Shown one piece after another: positions 62,327 to 64,000 of a DNA stretch of 64,000 nucleotides. The DNA lies in the IMG/VR virus record IMGVR_UViG_3300043021_000113, one strand, 5' to 3'. Under the pieces are notes generated by a model, which was not told where the DNA came from, did no database searches, and saw nothing but the letters and a program-made list of their open reading frames with translations. Numbering within the stretch: the stretch's first letter is position 1; every line of letters starts with the position of its first letter. Both the position numbers and the translations under genes were made by a program. Source of the stretch: a virus. Lineage: Duplodnaviria; Caudoviricetes.

Positions 62327-63301
62327 TTACTTTTTATTTTTTGGAATTAAAATTGTTTTACCTGGATATTCTGATTTGTGATCTCCATCTGAAGATATAA
62401 GCCAAATCCAATGTAATTTTTCAGCTGGCTTTTTATCTAAATAACCATCGGTAAAATAAACTGTAGTTGTATAAACACCTTTTCTTTCTTCTAAATATTC
62501 AACAATAGGTACACAAGAAGTACCGCCACCACCTGTTATTTTACAATCTGGCTTACCTTTATATTCATAAACACGGCCTATGTGGCAATCGCATTCTAAA
62601 ATATCAATAGCAACACCTGATTTGTACATATGGTGAACTTCAGTGAAAAAGTCTTTTAAATCTTCATCATTAATTGATCCTGACGTATCAATTGCAACTA
62701 AGATTTTTTGTTTGAATTTAATTTGAGTTTTTGAAAAATCCTCAAATCTTCTTGACTCTCTCTTTCTGTTTTTCTTCTGAAACATTTGTGTTGAATTACC
62801 AACAACTCGTTTAAAATAATTTTTCCAATTAAAAACCGGAGGTTCAGGTTTTAATAATTTTTCAATTAAACTCCTTAATTCTGCCGGAATAGAACCAATA
62901 CCACTTGCTGAGCTCTTCATCGTTTCCTCTGCTGCACTCTTCAATTGATGTTCAATTTGATTCTTGACTAACTGCTTTTGAGAATCTGGAAGACTGTCAA
63001 AATCTTTCCATAACTTATGAGATCCAACATTTTCTCCTTGTTGTGGTGCATCTTGACCTTCAAGTTCTCTGTAAAGCTCTTTGTAATAATAATTAGTACC
63101 TGCTCTTGGATCTAAAGATTTACCAACAATCTCATTTAACGATTCAAGAGTTACTCCATCACCTGGTAAACACGTATCTTTATCTTTAAGCTCTGCATTG
63201 TTAATTATAATCTGGTTAACTTCACAATCCGCAGCTATGTTAAATAATTCTGCATTATCAAACATTGTACGCATTGTAAGGTGTCCTAGTGCTATATGAA
63301 G
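62327..63301 (-). CDS. Metallopeptidase-vWA (DUF2201-like) protein, 3' exon
   Basis: Begins LHIALGH (second half of HExxH); NIAADCEVN; DTSGS, GGGT and YFTDG MIDAS motifs. Confidence 0.82.
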   Translation of the reverse strand, partial: LHIALGHLTMRTMFDNAELFNIAADCEVNQIIINNAELKDKDTCLPGDGVTLESLNEIVGKSLDPRAGTNYYYKELYRELEGQDAPQQGENVGSHKLWKDFDSLPDSQKQLVKNQIEHQLKSAAEETMKSSASGIGSIPAELRSLIEKLLKPEPPVFNWKNYFKRVVGNSTQMFQKKNRKRESRRFEDFSKTQIKFKQKILVAIDTSGSINDEDLKDFFTEVHHMYKSGVAIDILECDCHIGRVYEYKGKPDCKITGGGGTSCVPIVEYLEERKGVYTTTVYFTDGYLDKKPAEKLHWIWLISSDGDHKSEYPGKTILIPKNKK

Positions 63302-64000
63302 CTTTAATACCTCAATTTTCATTGAGGAGTAGACTATCCCTTAACCCGGTCTGGGTTGTCTATTATAGTCGTTGAACGTCTTTCTTGTAAATAATTATTA
63401 AAAATATTATATTTTCTTAATAAATAAATTGTAGCATTTTTATAAATATATTCTGAAAATTTAATAGAATCTTTAACTGAAAATTAAAGTTGATATAGAA
63501 TAGAAGGGTCGCCATTTTGAGTTTTTCTATGCCTTTCATAAATTTTAATATTTTTCAAATTTAAATATTTAATTAATTTCTGCATAAATTTTAATGATCC
63601 ACAACACATACCACTTCTAATAGTTTTAATGGTTTTAATTTTATTGCTGTTATTATAAACACCAACTGTTCCATCGCCATCAAAATATCCTCTAATAAAA
63701 TGATTTATTAAATTTTTAGGTAATATATTTTCACCTGGAAATTCAATTGTTAATGATTTTCTTTCAGTACATCCACAATTTATAAGATCTTGCGCTAGTT
63801 TATTGTCTGATATATTCAATTTAAAACATTCTTTATTAAACTTTTTATGATATTCTCTATATATAAGCCCTGTATATTCAATGTGCTCTTTAAATTTATC
63901 GAGCCATTCAATATCTTTAGATATTAGAGTTACACTATAAGAATTTTTATTATTTCTAACGCATCCGTCAGCATATAAAGCACCAAGCCAATATGCTTTT
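63302..64000 (-). mobile_element. Group I intron (runs off the window) carrying a LAGLIDADG endonuclease gene
   Basis: P7 ACGACTA and GGGATAGTC; P9 CCTCAAT...ATTGAGG; terminal G before LHIALGH. Confidence 0.8.
63334..64000 (-). pseudogene. Double-motif LAGLIDADG homing endonuclease with premature TAA at 63484-63486
   Basis: AYWLGALYADG and FIRGYFDGDG; frame continues after the stop with IYKNATIYLLRK. Confidence 0.72.

Noticed and set aside
1-64000. Stop-codon reassignment (TAG or TGA), known in some crAss-like phages
   Set aside because: Giant ORFs are intact in the standard code, TAG ends genes at 43071 and 57725, and TGA is used in many overlaps. The two in-frame TAAs are better explained as nonsense mutations because TAA is the main stop.
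1-64000. tRNA genes, integrase, DNA polymerase, capsid genes
   Set aside because: None recognised in this window. The GC-rich structured spacers are explained by introns and terminators.

Overview
AT-rich 64-kb segment of a large lytic dsDNA phage, most likely crAss-like (Crassvirales) with a Bacteroidota host, judged from Bacteroides-type TTTG-N20-TAnnTTTG promoters and gene content. It uses the standard genetic code. 1-23.2 kb (+): four giant virion/ejection-type genes, namely an SF1-helicase-containing protein, the two-barrel RNA polymerase, a double-zincin protein and a PD-(D/E)XK protein. 23.3-64 kb (-): a lytic transglycosylase, nucleotide metabolism genes (dNMP kinase, ThyX, phosphoesterase), DNA ligase, an AT-rich BcgI-like restriction-modification cassette with a GIY-YIG-RAMA nuclease, membrane proteins, the replication module (exonuclease, resolvase, primase, SSB, AAA ATPase, DnaB-like and SF2 helicases), a MazF-like protein, ferritin, a tandem array of about 20 short paralogues, RNase HI and a MoxR/vWA module. 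Five group I introns can be read from the sequence, each inside a catalytic motif; three carry homing endonuclease genes. Main hunt results: intron splitting of the RNAP DFDID motif, a GGT-TA-GGT interruption in the helicase Walker A, the R-M/m6A-reader cassette with a split S subunit, head-to-tail terminal cysteines on the giant proteins, and the chained paralogue array. All calls are from reading motifs by eye; no searches were run.
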